DNA from: Eledone cirrhosa
Lineage: Eukaryota
Reading direction: 5' to 3'
Assembly (NCBI GenBank): GCA_964016885.1
Contig: OZ024742.1
Span: 147,870,001-147,934,000, forward strand
Length of the DNA: 64,000 nt
Positions 40,105 to 54,232 of this stretch are shown here, piece after piece. Each line of letters begins with the position of its first letter. Positions within the stretch are counted from its first letter, which is position 1. The position numbers were made by a program, and so were the translations under genes. The notes under the pieces are model-generated. The model had not been told where the DNA came from, did no database searches, and saw nothing but the letters and a program-made list of their open reading frames with translations.

Positions 40105-41390
40105 TCGAGGAGTACAAAGTAAAAAAAGTAAGGTTCTTGACTGTGCTTGAGGATGTGGAAGACAAGGTCGTGAGGTCGATCCAGTCCAAACTGAAGACTC
40201 AAAAAAATGGAAAGTCCAGGAGGTGGTAGATACAGCAAAGGAAAGTCTAATGATCAGAGAAATAATTGTTTCTACTTTTGGCACAAGGCCAGCAATTATC
40301 CCAGTGCATTATTGGTACTTTATTTTATCAACCCTGTAAGGATCAAACACCAAGTTAATCTCGGTAGAATTTGAACTGAGACGGTAAATGGCTATAAAAC
40401 TATGCTGCAAAGTATGGCGTCCAACCCTCTACCAGTACTGCCAATGGGACACACTCAGGCTAATAGGCAAAGACTGGGCATAACAAAAATGGAATGATGC
40501 TAGGGGAAAGATGAGAAGAGATCTGATTTTACAGGAAGTGAAGAAAAAAAGGATTCCAGAAGACTCTGGAAGGCAGCACAGCAGAGCCGACAAGGCCAGT
40601 GGATGATGTGAGAATGTGCACTCCAGAAGTTTTTCAGTTGGAATGTGTGGTATATGGAACTTCTTAGAATCAGTTTCTTCTCAGATCTGTTTATGATCTC
40701 CTGTCCTTGAATACAAATCTACTGAATGGGGTGAATCAGATAATCCTGAGTGACCTCTCTGTCAGGGTAGATAGGTAGTGGAACACATTCTGAGTTTATG
40801 CAAAGTAGCACTGTCCCAAGGAAGATACACATGGAGAATAATCAAGTGTATAAGAAGATTGTACATGTGATATATACAGCAAAAGAAAAACCCATAGCAC
40901 AAGAATATCCAACAACATTCTATACGGCAGGAGGCAGCAAATCATGGCCAGGAACAGCTATACCATACAAGGCACAGAAGTAAAATATTCTGGGTGATGC
41001 AAATGACAGGGAGTGCACAGCAGAATTCCCAGGATCAGCAAAATAATCAGAAATCATCAGAAAGAGTGGTTTGAGGCCGGTTATCGTACTTCATTCCAAT
41101 TAATCAAAACAGCTGATTTTGATTGAATTCACTGTGCTATTTGAAAGTAGAATAGAAGAAGCTCATGTATTCAAAACTCCAAAATACACCAGTTTGGCAA
41201 ACAGCCTGAAGGAAGCCAACTTCTGAGTCAAAGTTCTCTCCATAGAAGCTGGACCCAGAGGCTTAGTGGGCAAATCTGCCTACAATCTCATAAAACAACC
41301 AAAACCATAAAGGCAATATCAGAGGCTGTGGAAAGGAGTTCCAGTTAGATCTGGTCAAAGAGGAACAAAAACAACCTCCACACCGTTTGA
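40105..41390 (+). mobile_element. HERO-like (restriction-like endonuclease) non-LTR retrotransposon, decayed; split by SINE A at 40261-40445
   Basis: Remnants: 'EEYKVKKVR...KKWKVQEVV', 'QQSRQGQW', 'RSVYDLL', 'LCQG...EHILSLCKVALSQGRYTWR.NQV' (CCHC), 'LRPVIV', 'IEFTVLFESRIEEAH..K..KY', 'IEAGPRG' and 'IWSKR'. Confidence 0.8.
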
Positions 41391-42211
41391 GTGCATTGTG
41401 TTTGTAGGTTAAAGCACGCTAAGGGAAGTAACTCTGAGTGAGCCATGGGTGTAGGATAAGCAGTGGCAGTGACACTGTTGACATCTTACCGATGCCATGA
41501 CTACCAACGTTATTTTTCCAAACTCAAGAAAACATTTAAATTTAAGTTTGAAAGCAGAGGTGACAGAGAGAAGTTCCAGCTAGACCTTGTCAACTAATTT
41601 TAATACGGTTTAAATACACAAGTCTTTGATATCCGAATGGCTAAATATCAGCAGAAGGGCTCCCAGGAGTAGTCATGACCTGGATACTTGGGGGAGGAGG
41701 GAGGGGGAGGATTCTTCTTTGAAGACCTTCTGCTGTCCAGCTCTTCTGGGAGTTTCTTTTCACTATATCATTATTATCATGATTTTTATAATTTTTCCAT
41801 GAGTTGGACAAGACATTTTGAAGCAGAATTATATGGTCAGATACCTTTTCTGACATTATATTATTTATATATACATATATATATAATTTAAGTGTAAAAC
41901 CAAAGATAACACTTCAAATCATTTTATTTCTACGTTCGTTTTAATTTTAACGAAATACAATTGCAAAATATAAATAATGATTTGTAGATTAATTAATTAA
42001 TCAATCAAACAAATCAATAAACAATTACAATCACATATCACAAAATCTCTTTAGGAAACCAATATTAGATTTGGGGAATGCATGTCCCCAAAATACCAGG
42101 CAATGATCATAAAATTATAGATATTAAAAATAGTCTTTTTTAAAAGACCAAAATATGCAAGATAGGTCCATAATTTGGGTCACCAAAAGCATCATGCAAG
42201 TTGTTTAAAGT

Positions 42212-42372
42212 AATAATTGTTTCTACATTAGGCACAAGGCCAGCAATTACCCAGTGCATTACTGGTACTTTATTTTATCGACCCCGTAAGGATGAAAGGC
42301 AAAGTTAACCTTGGCGGGATTTGAACTCAGAAAGGCAAGGGCCGTAACTCTATACGTCAAAGCATGGCGCCC
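42212..42372 (-). mobile_element. SINE family A (5'-truncated), with a partial duplicate at 42373-42436
   Basis: Matches the family A consensus. Confidence 0.85.
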
Positions 42373-42490
42373 AAGTAATAATTGTTTCTACTTTTGGCAC
42401 AAGGCCAGCAATTACCCAATGCATTACTGGTACTTTAAGTAATAATAAAAGTCTAACGTAAAATCATAAGCCCTCATACTATAATTTAGT

Positions 42491-42744
42491 TATATATAAC
42501 TTATACTGTGTAAACATATTCTAGCCCACATTGTAATTGAACACCAAATATTCATGATTGGGATGTCTTTTCTATTTTAAATGGTGGTTTCTGTCTAATG
42601 TTGTTATGCATTATTTTGTGAAATAATGCATAACAGCATTAGACAAACCACCATTTAAAATGGAAAAGACATCTCAATCATGAATATTTGGTGTTCAATT
42701 ACAATGTAGGCTAGAATATGTTTATACACTATAAGTTATATATA
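42491..42744. repeat. Near-perfect fold-back (about 125-bp arms, 4-nt loop TGTG at 42617-42620), TA-flanked
   Basis: cattgtaattgaacaccaaatattcatgattg / caatcatgaatatttggtgttcaattacaatg and similar pairs; only a few substitutions and one 2-nt indel. Confidence 0.93.
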
Positions 42745-42749
42745 TATGT

Positions 42750-43030
42750 GGAGGTGCATGGCTTAGTGGTTAGAGAACTGGGCTTACAATCGTGAGGTTG
42801 TGAGTCAGATTCCTGGACCGGATTCCTTAAGGAAGACACTTTATTTCACATTGCTCCAGTTCATTCAGCTCTAGTAATGAGTTGCATTTGCTCAGACAAC
42901 ATCGGTGGTGTGGAGAAGGGAGACTGGTTTGAATGGGTGAATGCTGGTCTTCCACAAACAAACTTTCTCAGACTTGTGCCTTAGGGAGAAAGTATTAGGT
43001 TGCCTTGTATCATACGAGATTAAAGAGTAC
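42750..43030 (+). mobile_element. tRNA-derived SINE with a family-B-like head and a different body
   Basis: ggaggtgcatggcttagtggttagag...agacactttatttcacattgctccagt. Confidence 0.7.
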
Positions 43031-43705
43031 TCACTACTACTACTACAATAATATTGAGACATATTCACATTTATTCATAAGTCGTATCCCGCACTAAGCC
43101 TGAACACAGTCGATTTCTTCCAGGGAGGAAGGGGACAGAGAAAAGAAAAAGGAATAAGAAAGAGCTAAAGAGGAATAATTGACTCCAGTATTGGACTGGT
43201 ATTATATTTATCAACCTCAAAAGGATAAAAGGCAGAGTTAACCTCAGGGGGAGTTGAAATCAGTGTTGAGAACCTGAACAAATACTGCAAAGCATTCTAT
43301 CTGACTTTGTAATGACTTTGCCAATTCGCTAACTTATATTTATATATTGCATTTAACATATCTCAACCAAATTCTTGACTCTTTGCACCAATTTCCATTA
43401 GAAGCTAAATCAACTGTCAAAAATGTAATTTCTAATAAAAGACATTAATCCTTGATTATTTTCAATAAATTTTTTAAATAATCAAGAATTTGGAGGGATT
43501 TAGTTATATAACTAACATTATCCTTATTAATTGAATCTGGCGTTTGGAATATAACTTAACAAAGGTTCTTAAATAAAATTATAATGGGACATTTTTAGAT
43601 AAATATAAACACTTTAAAACAAACAGCTTTGTATTGTAGATCCAAGGTTAGTTTCAAGTGGTGTGGTATCAAAAAGGTTAAAAGAATTGAAAGTAATGAC
43701 CTTAC

Positions 43706-44365
43706 CTGCAGCTGCCTTCTGTTTTCTTTAATGAATAATGAGTTGAAGAATTATTTTCAAATATTTTGGATAAATTTGCGTAACTGATTGGTGAAGTGAG
43801 TGTACCAACACTCGGAGAAGGTGATAAACTTCCAAATGTTTCTTGTGATGAAAGATATCCAAAATCCGATGGTACTGGCAATGTCTGGTAATCTAATACG
43901 GAATAAGGTGACCTATGTCCATTTGGTGAAAAACTATAGCTCTTCCGTATTGGAAATGATAATGAATTATTTTTCTTTGATGATGAAGATTGTGTGCTGT
44001 GTGTGATTGGTGATGTTAATGTTCTATGACTGACTGGTGAGTGATTTAGAGGTGAGGAGCTTTCAGAATGGTTTGTTGGTGAAGTGATAGTTGCTCGGGG
44101 TAATGGAGATATCGAGCCTCCATTATTCATAGGTAACAGGGTTCGTTCATTTTTTATATGTGAATTAATGTCACAACCATTGTTTAAAGAAGTTTGACTA
44201 GAATGGTTTACAGGTAGTGTCATAGAAGCAGAAGCAGTATTGAAATGATACTGTTGACTCATGCCCGGCTTAAGGGTTTCACTGTCATAAAGATCATTGT
44301 CTTCATTGTCTTCATCTTCACTATTTACTTCATCATCACTGAGTGAAACAGCCACCACATTACCA
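43706..44365 (-). CDS. Probable coding exon (660 bp, phase 2-2), acidic then Ser/Pro-rich low-complexity; likely an upstream exon of the RASSF-like gene
   Basis: 220-codon open frame in non-repetitive DNA, bounded by ttaattctttcag|TGGTAAT and TGCAG|gtaagg. It ends in phase 2 (AG), and AG plus the first G of exon 7776 gives Arg in frame. Linkage to RASSF is inferred from phase only. Confidence 0.65.
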
Positions 44366-44595
44366 CTGAAAGAATTAATGATCAAAGAAATATAATATCA
44401 TATTGAGAAAAGTAAAGTAAAATATGAAATAAGATCAAAATGAATAAGCATGTCAAAGTAATAAGAAACAACAAAAAACAAAAAAAAAAAAAACACTTGT
44501 TCTTCAGGATCTAATTTAAAAATGAGGAAAACAAAATTTAAAATAAATATACAGTATTAAACAATTTAAGTTAAAATGAAATACATTTAATAATG

Positions 44596-44725
44596 CAGAG
44601 TGGTCCAAAAGGTATGATACTATTCAAAAAATTATTTCATTATTATACATTACTTCATTTAATACATATATATAAAAAAAATTAAATCAGTTTTTAAATG
44701 GTAGCATGATATTTGGGCCACCCTA
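44596..44725. mobile_element. Short Tc1/mariner-like MITE
   Basis: cagagtggtccaaa ... tttgggccacccta: imperfect TIRs. Confidence 0.5.
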
Positions 44726-45179
44726 TATAAAGGTAGTTCTCTATGCTGGATGGTGATTGTATTTGAGCAAGATTTTTAAGATATCATATTCCATAATCAA
44801 TAATTCCAGTTTGATAGAATAAATGAATATTATCTATAGAAATATTAGTGCTTAGTTTTAGATATAGCTTTTCTATTAAATATGTAGAACTCCCAGATTA
44901 GAAGGTGTCAGATGCGATATTTTAATATGTCAATCAACTGTTGACTTATGAAGAATTGAGAATGTTTGAAATTTGAAATGTGAGTGTCCCAACATAGAAA
45001 TGACTATAAAATTGTCGATTGCTATGAATAATGATAGTTGAGAAAATTGGGTAAAATACTCCTGGAGATGGAAAAAAGTGGATAGAGGTGCTCACATTTC
45101 AAATATCAATCAACTTTCACAGCTAAAGACCACAGGAAAACATTTAAATATTTTATGTTATGCATGGTCGCTACTTCTC

Positions 45180-45470
45180 TGAATTCTCTGAAATCACAGC
45201 TCTGATATTATGGGCATGTGGTTAGAATGTTTCAAGAAAGAATTGCTGGACAGATTTTAAGGGTAAAACCAACCAGCAGGAGATCTAGGGGTAGACCCTG
45301 AGCTAGATGGTTGGATAACATCCATGAGCTCAGCTGGTCTCACTTGGGGATCCAGCCAGATCAGTTGGAGACAGTTGCTTCTGACAGGACCTACTGGAAG
45401 AAGTGTTTGAGGACTCTACCCCCATGACCCTCTCAGGAATAAATGAGCAAAGGAGGAGGAGGAGGAGGTT
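45180..45470 (+). mobile_element. RTE-like LINE 3' end, second family
   Basis: 'YYGHVVRM.QERIAGQIL...RRSRGRP.ARWLDNIHELSWSHLG' followed by a (GGA)n tail. Confidence 0.75.
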
Positions 45471-45904
45471 TAATTTAAGTAGGTATCTTTTAAAGTGGGT
45501 GGTTTTGTTCATAGAAACAGGAGGTTTTGGTCAAGTTGGTACTAATAGGGTTAAGTAACTGAGAGTACAAGACCTTACCTTGGAAATGATGCCAGTGAAT
45601 TGTAAGGTCAACCCTCCAGTTACTGCTAGTACTCATTTTTTCAGCCCAGTGAACTGGGGCAACATGAAACGTATGTCTTGCTCAAGACCAAAACATGCTT
45701 CTCTGCCTGGTGATTGAAGCCAACACCTTAACACCTAAGCCATTCATATTCACTTATATATTCAGATCTACATTATCCATTGTGTTTTTGCTTTCTTTTT
45801 AAAGATGGTAGCGTGTAGTTTGAGGGAGATTTCATTGTTATATCTATCAGGTTCAAGCAACCATTTAGAAGCTCCCTTGTTAGCTCAATTAAATTTATGT
45901 AATG

Positions 45905-46080
45905 AATAATTGTTTCTACTTTTGGCACAAGGCCAGCAATTACCCAGTACATTACTGGTACTTTATTTTATCGATCCCATAAGGATGAAAGGCAAAGTTA
46001 ACCTTGGCGAGATTTGAACTCAGAACGTAAAGGGACGTAACTATGTCTGACCCTCTACCGATACTGCCAATTCACCGCCC
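45905..46080 (-). mobile_element. SINE family A (short subtype)
   Basis: Matches the family A consensus. Confidence 0.85.
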
Positions 46081-47308
46081 AAAGGTTGTATAAACATAGT
46101 TGTAAAAAAACAAATGGATTGATTAAATATACTCACTGTAATGAAATATGTAATAAAGAAGTAAAACATAAAGTATGTTATTAAAAATGCAGAAATAATT
46201 ATTTTAAAATAATTTATAGTTTATCAAAACATATTTCAATGAAATTAATTACAAGTCAGAATTAGAGTTTGAGAGTTAATATACTTTAACATCTCTTTTG
46301 AAAAGAGAATCTTTTTAACCCCCCCCCCCCCCCAACCCAAAACATGATAGTTAAAACCGATTCTTTGATCTATGGAAATTACATATATGTGAAGGCATGT
46401 GGCATAGTGGTTTAGGTGTTCAACTCATGATTATAAGGTTGTGAGTTCAATTCCTGCATCCTTATGTTTACTTCATTTTACATTGTTCTAACCCATCCAT
46501 ATGGAAACATCCTTGTCACACATTGTGCTGCACTAAATGTTTTGAGAACTATGTCAAGGGTACATGTGCCTGTGGAATGCTCAGCCACTTGTATGCTAAT
46601 TTCACAAGCGGGCTGTTCCTTGATCAAATTACTGAAACACGCTTGGCTAAAACTGACAAAGATCCAACACATATATTTGTCATATAAAAATAATTGTTTC
46701 TACTTTTGGCACAAAGCCAGCAATTATCACAGTACATTACTGGTACTTTATTTTATCGAACCCGTAAGGATGAAAGGCAATGTTAACCTTGGGGGGATTT
46801 GAACTCAAATTGTAAAGCGGCGTAACTCATATAAAAATAATGCTATTTTTAACATGTAAAATATTATATCATACTAATGTCATTATCCTTAATTTATGAT
46901 CCAACATTTTTTTGGATTAAATTTCATAAATTGGAAACTTCTAAATTCTATTATTTTATTTATGCTTTTATATTTTATATATAGTTTTATAACATGGATT
47001 TCAATGATTGTTAATAAATTGAAAAAAAAAACCATTTAATTATTTGAACAAAAGCAATAATACATCATCATTGATAACAAATACAATTTATATATACCAC
47101 ACACATATAAAGACAAACATATATACATAGATATACATACATTTACATACATATATAATATACATACATATTTTACATACATATAAATACACATAGATAT
47201 ACATAAAAATGTCCATACATACATGTAAATATATGCACATACATATATACATATAAATATACATACATATAGAAACATATAAATGTACATTCCTAAATAT
47301 AACTACAT

Positions 47309-47340
<32 letters not shown>

Positions 47341-48064
47341 CATGCAAGCGTAAAAGATGGACGTTAAACGATGATGATGATGATGATGATGATATATATT
47401 GGTAAAAGGAAAAGAAAATGCTGACAAATTGTTCCCAGTGAAAAATAGTTTAATTAGGAATAAGTAAAAATTAGTAATAAGTATTGGTTAGTATTCAGTT
47501 TTAGTTTTAAGCTTTTACCGGTTGCGCATTTCTAATGCTTTTCAAAAATAATTTTGAGATAGAGCGCCCGTGATGTTTGCTCTAATCTGATTAGTTTTGG
47601 AAATTCTACCTGTTTTATGTGAAAAAAGGGGCTCCAGAGGTATTAAAATAAGTTTCGTGCCAATTCATGTTGCAAAAATTATTGTGGTCAAAACAATTTT
47701 GATTGGTCGGTAGAGGTCATGTGAATGTTAAAAATTGATTTTGCGCCAAATGTAGGATTGTCGAAGAGTGTCCTTTTTCGCCTGATTGAGAAGTCACTGA
47801 AAAATAAGTCTTTTAAGACAAATATGTGTGTGTGTGTGTAGTAAAGAGGTTCATTGTTGTGATAATGGTCAGTAGGGATGTGTGTGTGAATTGCAGTCAT
47901 GTTGAAAGGTCAACAGTTCAGGTGCCTATTAAGACAAATATGTGTGTGTGTGTGTAGCAGAGTAATTTGTAGTAGAGGGATGGTCAGTAGGAATGTGTCT
48001 GTACGTGTGTGGGGGATATTTTAACATGTTGAAAGATATTTTTCAGCTCTTGTCTTATACGGAG

Positions 48065-48102
<38 letters not shown>

Positions 48103-48705
48103 CTCTTTGTATGTTAGTGTACGCGTGTGTATGTGCGTGTGTATATATGTGTGTGTGTGTGTATATATGTGTATGTGTGTGTGGACCAGTATTTTTGTGA
48201 TACTGGTAAAAATGGTGTACATTATTCGATATTTTCATCAAAAACGATTCTCTCAAGAGAACATCAAAAACATTAATAATAAAAGGTGTGAAATGATATA
48301 TAGTATTGTCATAACGCCAAGGTGTGTGTGAGTGTCCAGATTGTACGTACTGCAAGGGGAATCCATTAGGCCCTGCCGTATTGGAATACTTGTGCACAAA
48401 TATGTATGTGCCCATCAGTGTGCAATGCATGTGTGCGTATATGTATGTGTGTGTGTCGGCACGTTTATATCTATAGACATCAAAAGGTATGCAAATTTGT
48501 GTATATTTGTGTTGCACCATAGAACATGTGTGTTTACGTATGTCATTGTGTTTATATGTGGATAGAGATGTATGTAGGATGTATGCTGATGTAGGTATGT
48601 ATGTTGACGTGTGTATGTTGTGGGTTCGTCTTAGGGAGAAGTGTTTAGACGGGGTTCGTATTTATAAATAAAGTGAAATTCCTTGCTGTTATACCTCTAT
48701 TCTTT

Positions 48706-48796
<91 letters not shown>

Positions 48797-48800
<4 letters not shown>

Positions 48801-49143
48801 GCACATGGCTTAGTGGTTAGAGCAATGGCCTTGCAATCGAATGGTTGTGAGTTCAATTCTCAGACCGGGTGATGTGTTGTTTCCTTGAGCAAGACACTTT
48901 ATTTCACATTGCTCCAGTTTACTCAGCTGTAGAAATGGGATGATAGGGACTGGGGTCCATATCATTAAACTGCAAAGTGGTCGTGGAGGTGCCACGGCAA
49001 AAAAGCACCCAGCACTCACTGTAAATGAGGTTGGTGTTAGGAAGGGCATCCAGCTGTAGAAATCAAGCCAGAATCAGTTCCCGTCCCACCCTTGCAAGCA
49101 GCGAAAAGCGGACGTAACATGAAATGATGATGAAATGAAATGA
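48797..49143 (+). mobile_element. SINE family B, full length, adjacent to (TA)n(GA)n
   Basis: A-box tggcttagtgg, B-box gagttcaattc, central ccttgagcaagacact, and an RTE-like 3' tail gttggtgttaggaagggcatccagc...(GAT)n. Confidence 0.9.
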
Positions 49144-49225
49144 TATATATACATACATATAGACGTACATACACATGAATATACATACATACATTTATAC
49201 ACACACACATATATACATATATTGT

Positions 49226-49258
<33 letters not shown>

Positions 49259-52200
49259 TTACATATACACATAACATTTACATATATATACATACATACA
49301 CATTTACATATATATACATATATACATACACATTTACATATATATACATATATATATATACATATATATATATGTAAGTATGTATATATGTAAATGAAAT
49401 TTCGTTTCATTCTATTCCATATATATATATATATATAATTCAAATAAAGACAAATGTTTAATACGCCTCAATTTTCCAAAGTGATCTATATTCTAGCATA
49501 GATAGAAGAATATATCTGAAATTCGAAGTTAAGAAACAGCACTGCAGCAGCAGAGAGGAACAAATAAACACCATCACACCAAAAAACAAACAATTTTTTT
49601 GTGAATATGATGTATTAGAGGAAAACATACGATGCTATTAATTAACAAAAAAAAAAATTATTGTTAACACACATGATAAAATGCTGTAAACAAACAACTG
49701 AATTTTAAACAGTCATTTTCTTATATATTGTTTACAACGAACTGAATAAGATATTAATATTATTTACATTAAAACAAGAACATAGTAAAAAAAAAAATAC
49801 AGAACAGAAAAACAACATAATTACAATGACTGATTTAAGAAGGAAGGGGGAGAGAACATTTCAGACACTAACTAATCTAAGGGAAACAATTATAACACAA
49901 TTTTATTTTAGAAAAAACTTGTTTTCCTTATCTTTTGATAAAAAAAAAATTATAACAATTTCGAATGTAAAAACATTTTTAACTTACAAACACTTTAGGG
50001 ATAGAAATAGTCAAGTAACTCTACTTCAGTAATTGACTGGTACTTTATTCTATTTGTTCTATTGAATATGGAAGTATGAACAGCAAAGTTGATCTTCACA
50101 AGATTTGGAGTTAGACTAAATGGTATTTGTTGGTCGTTCTACCGATTCTACCTTTCTGATGGATTCTTCCTATCTTTCATATCTGTAGATTTCTTTAATA
50201 ATGAATGTCATCATGCAATAATTGTTTTTAATTATTAAAACTAATACTAGCTGTTTTTTCTGCTTGGTAGGTTTGGAGAAAGGGGCAATACCCATAGTCC
50301 TCTGAGACTGGGAAGATATTGAAGATATTGGTTATTGATATTGAGTATTGATTATCAATGCAGGCTAACACAGAAATAAATTGTGACATTCTGAGAAAAA
50401 TCAGACAAAAAACAAATAATGGTTTCTGATTTAGGCACAAAGCCAACAATTTTTTAGGGAGGGGGAAAGTTGATTAAATCGCCCCTAGTGCATTACTGGT
50501 GCTTTATTTTATTGATCCAGTAAAGATGAAAGGCAAAGCTAACCTTGATGGGATTTGAAAGCACACCACAACCTAGAACATGGTATATATAGGCAATAGA
50601 ATTATCCATTCAATAGCTTCACCAAAAGTTCAATTTAAAAATAATACAATTCCATTTAATTTACTTAATAATAATAATTTAATTTAGTAAAGATTTTCCT
50701 TTTGATTTTTAACTTGGTAGATCTGAAGGAAGGGGCAGTGTTCATGGTCTTCACAGACTAAAACTACTAACACTTACGCAAGCTGAAGATTAAGTAAGTA
50801 ATCCCTATTTGTTAGATTAATAGCAACAGGTTTCTTGAACAGTGCAGGCTGTAAGCACAAGTCCCTCTCTCGAAACAAAATCATTAAAAAAAGTTGTTGT
50901 TTTTGATGATGATAATGAGGATGATAATATCAATTGTGAACATGTGTATAATACTGGAAAGTCTCAAAGACTCCCTATCAGTTTGTAAGTTAATGTTTTG
51001 ATAGAGGAAATGAACAGATAAATAACATGCTTGACTGATTAAATAGAAACCAGTACAGTTCTAGAACTAAACATCATATTCTTTAATCATTGTTGATGTA
51101 AATAATATGCAAAAATGAACACATTTCAATATTAGAAAAAATTAAATAAAATCAAAAAATCAAACTATTTAAAAATCTTCAGCTTTAGATTAATTAGAAT
51201 AATTAATTGAAGAATATTATTCTCTTGCTATTTTAATCACAAATGGAATATCAATAATGATACAGCAACATTAGAATTTTGTTGTTTTTTCTGTTTAGTA
51301 AGGACGTGAAAGACAGTAACCATACCCCTTTTCAGAACCTCAGATTGATGTGAGGTAGGCCCAAATTCCTTCATTAGAGTGAATTCTGTTTAATCTTTAG
51401 TATGTTCGAAATTTTTATGAATTGCTTCCCTTGACACTGCATTATGTATTAAGGGGAGATTACTCTATTGGCGAGATCATGTACCTGTAGTGTCCAGAAG
51501 CTTAAGGCACCTAAAGGCCAAATGGCAGTGTTGAACTAGATGACAGATTAAGTCTATCACCCAAATAGACCACAGCAGGATTTCAACTCAGAACACAAAG
51601 ATCCAGAAGAAATACCACAAGATATTTTGTCTGACACACTAACAATTCCTTCAATCCATTAAAAGGATGAAAGACGAAGTTGACCTCAGTGGTATTTGAA
51701 CACTAAGTACAGACAGCTGGAAGAAATACTGCAAGGCATTTTGTCCTATACTCTAACAACTGCCAATTTGATGTCTTATAAAGCTTGAGTACATATGTTT
51801 AACTGTGTGAAAAAAAAAAAGAACTTCAAATAACTATTTCTTTATTACTTTATATTACTTAGGTGGTAATCTTAATTGAGGACTTACTTGTATAATTGTT
51901 AATTTTCTCTTACAAGTAATAATCAGCTTAGCAACATTTGAACATTATTCTATGTACTATACATGCATTTTTGATGAGTTGTAGTGCACCTGAGCACTGT
52001 ACACAATAATTTTCATTACATTATCATCATCCTCCTGCTGGCATGAGTTGGACTGGTCATTAAAGACAAGGTCAGTACCTAATCATAGCTACAGTCCCCC
52101 AGGACAGGCCAGAGGACGATTTCTCTCACTCAATACATTCCACCAATAAATGATTCCTCTTTTAGTGGTATAAAATTGTAACATATATATTTTTAATTAA

Positions 52201-52270
52201 TAATGTAATTACTCATAAAAATATATTTTAATATATACACACACATATACATACATATATATATATATAT

Positions 52271-52684
<414 letters not shown>

Positions 52685-53919
52685 CATGCATATATGAGCA
52701 CATGCATATATGCATAAGAGGTCATTGTATAAATATTTTTCACACAATATTTAAGTAAGAAGTTGTTTCATCAAAACATGAATAAAGTAAGAAAAGTATT
52801 GCATAAAAAATAATTATAAGTTGAAAAGTATTTTTCTTTAGCTAAATAATTAAATACAGAATTTTTAATTATGAAAGTGTTATGATAAAGTAAATATAAC
52901 ATTTCAAATTAACATCTACAGTATTTAAAAACTTGTGAAAAAAAGTAAGGAATTTTTTTATGAATAAATTTTAATGGTTCAAAAGAACTTATAAATCATT
53001 AGAACAGTTTATTTACTCTACAAATAAACATGTTTAATTTCTTTTTAATTTAACACATTTATACTGAATTAATTTATCAATAATGTTCTCATTTAAGGTT
53101 TCAATATAAATAATATTAAATACATCTTAACTTGTAACTAATCTTCCTAGGTTTTTATACTGCTTCTATGATAGTTTCAGTTTTTCAAAAGGAATTATCA
53201 TTTTATGCAATCTGATTACATTTACATTGAAGGAGCTCAAACCCACAGAACACCAATATAAAAACTAGAAACAAATTGAAAAGGAAAACAAGCAGTTCTA
53301 CAGGGAAAACATGAAATAACAGATGAATTGGCAAGAAGAATAAGAGTTTTTTTAAAGGCAGGAATCAGTGGTGAGTTAGTAAGGTGAAAAAGAAATGAAG
53401 CTAAGACCTGCTAGCAAACACAACAATTGAACTAACAACACAAACACGGATTGAAAAAATTTATTGCTAACACTAACAGAGGAGACAATTGTATCATTCA
53501 TTAGAACTTCCTAATTAGGGCAAGAAAATAAATAATAATGCGGTTTTCAACCTTTTGTAGCCCAGCACCTCTTTTCACCAAAGTTGCCCAAAAGTAAATA
53601 AATAAATTAATAAATGATTAAATAAAAATAAAAAAAAAATAAAAATTATCTTAACACTTTCATTTACATGAAATACATTGAATGTGTTTCAATTAATTTT
53701 GAAAATAATCAAGAATTTGGAAGGATTTAGTAGAATAACTTTTTTATTCAGTTAAAAACAAAATTTTAACATAAAATTATGATGGAAGGTTTTAATTTAG
53801 ATATGAACACTTTAAAATAGGCCGTTTTATCACATTGAAAATGTTAATCAAACAGAAGCTAATTCTATACAGTGTTTATTATCTATATTTTATAATGTGT
53901 AATGTTAGAGTATATGAAT

Positions 53920-54232
53920 GACAAAGCACAGATGGGCTGAAGGAAAAATTTGGCTTAAGAGGAATCAAATGTGGTATGCAAGAGAGAATATTGAAGTGGT
54001 ATGGATATGTGATGTGTACAGATGATAATTGTTGGGTGAAGAAGAATTGCTGAGAGTTCTAGATTGATGAAAACATGGAAAGAAGTGGTGAGTGGTGATC
54101 TCAGAATGTTGAACCTCATGGAAGAGATGACAAAGGAACACAAGTGGAGGAAAGCTGTGTTGAAGAAGACTCATCTAACCAATGCAGGCATGGAATAAAG
54201 GACATAAAAATGATGATGATGATGATGATGAT
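53920..54232 (+). mobile_element. RTE LINE 3' fragment
   Basis: 'L.EKFGLRGIKCGMQERILKWYGYVM' followed by a (GAT)n tail. Confidence 0.75.
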
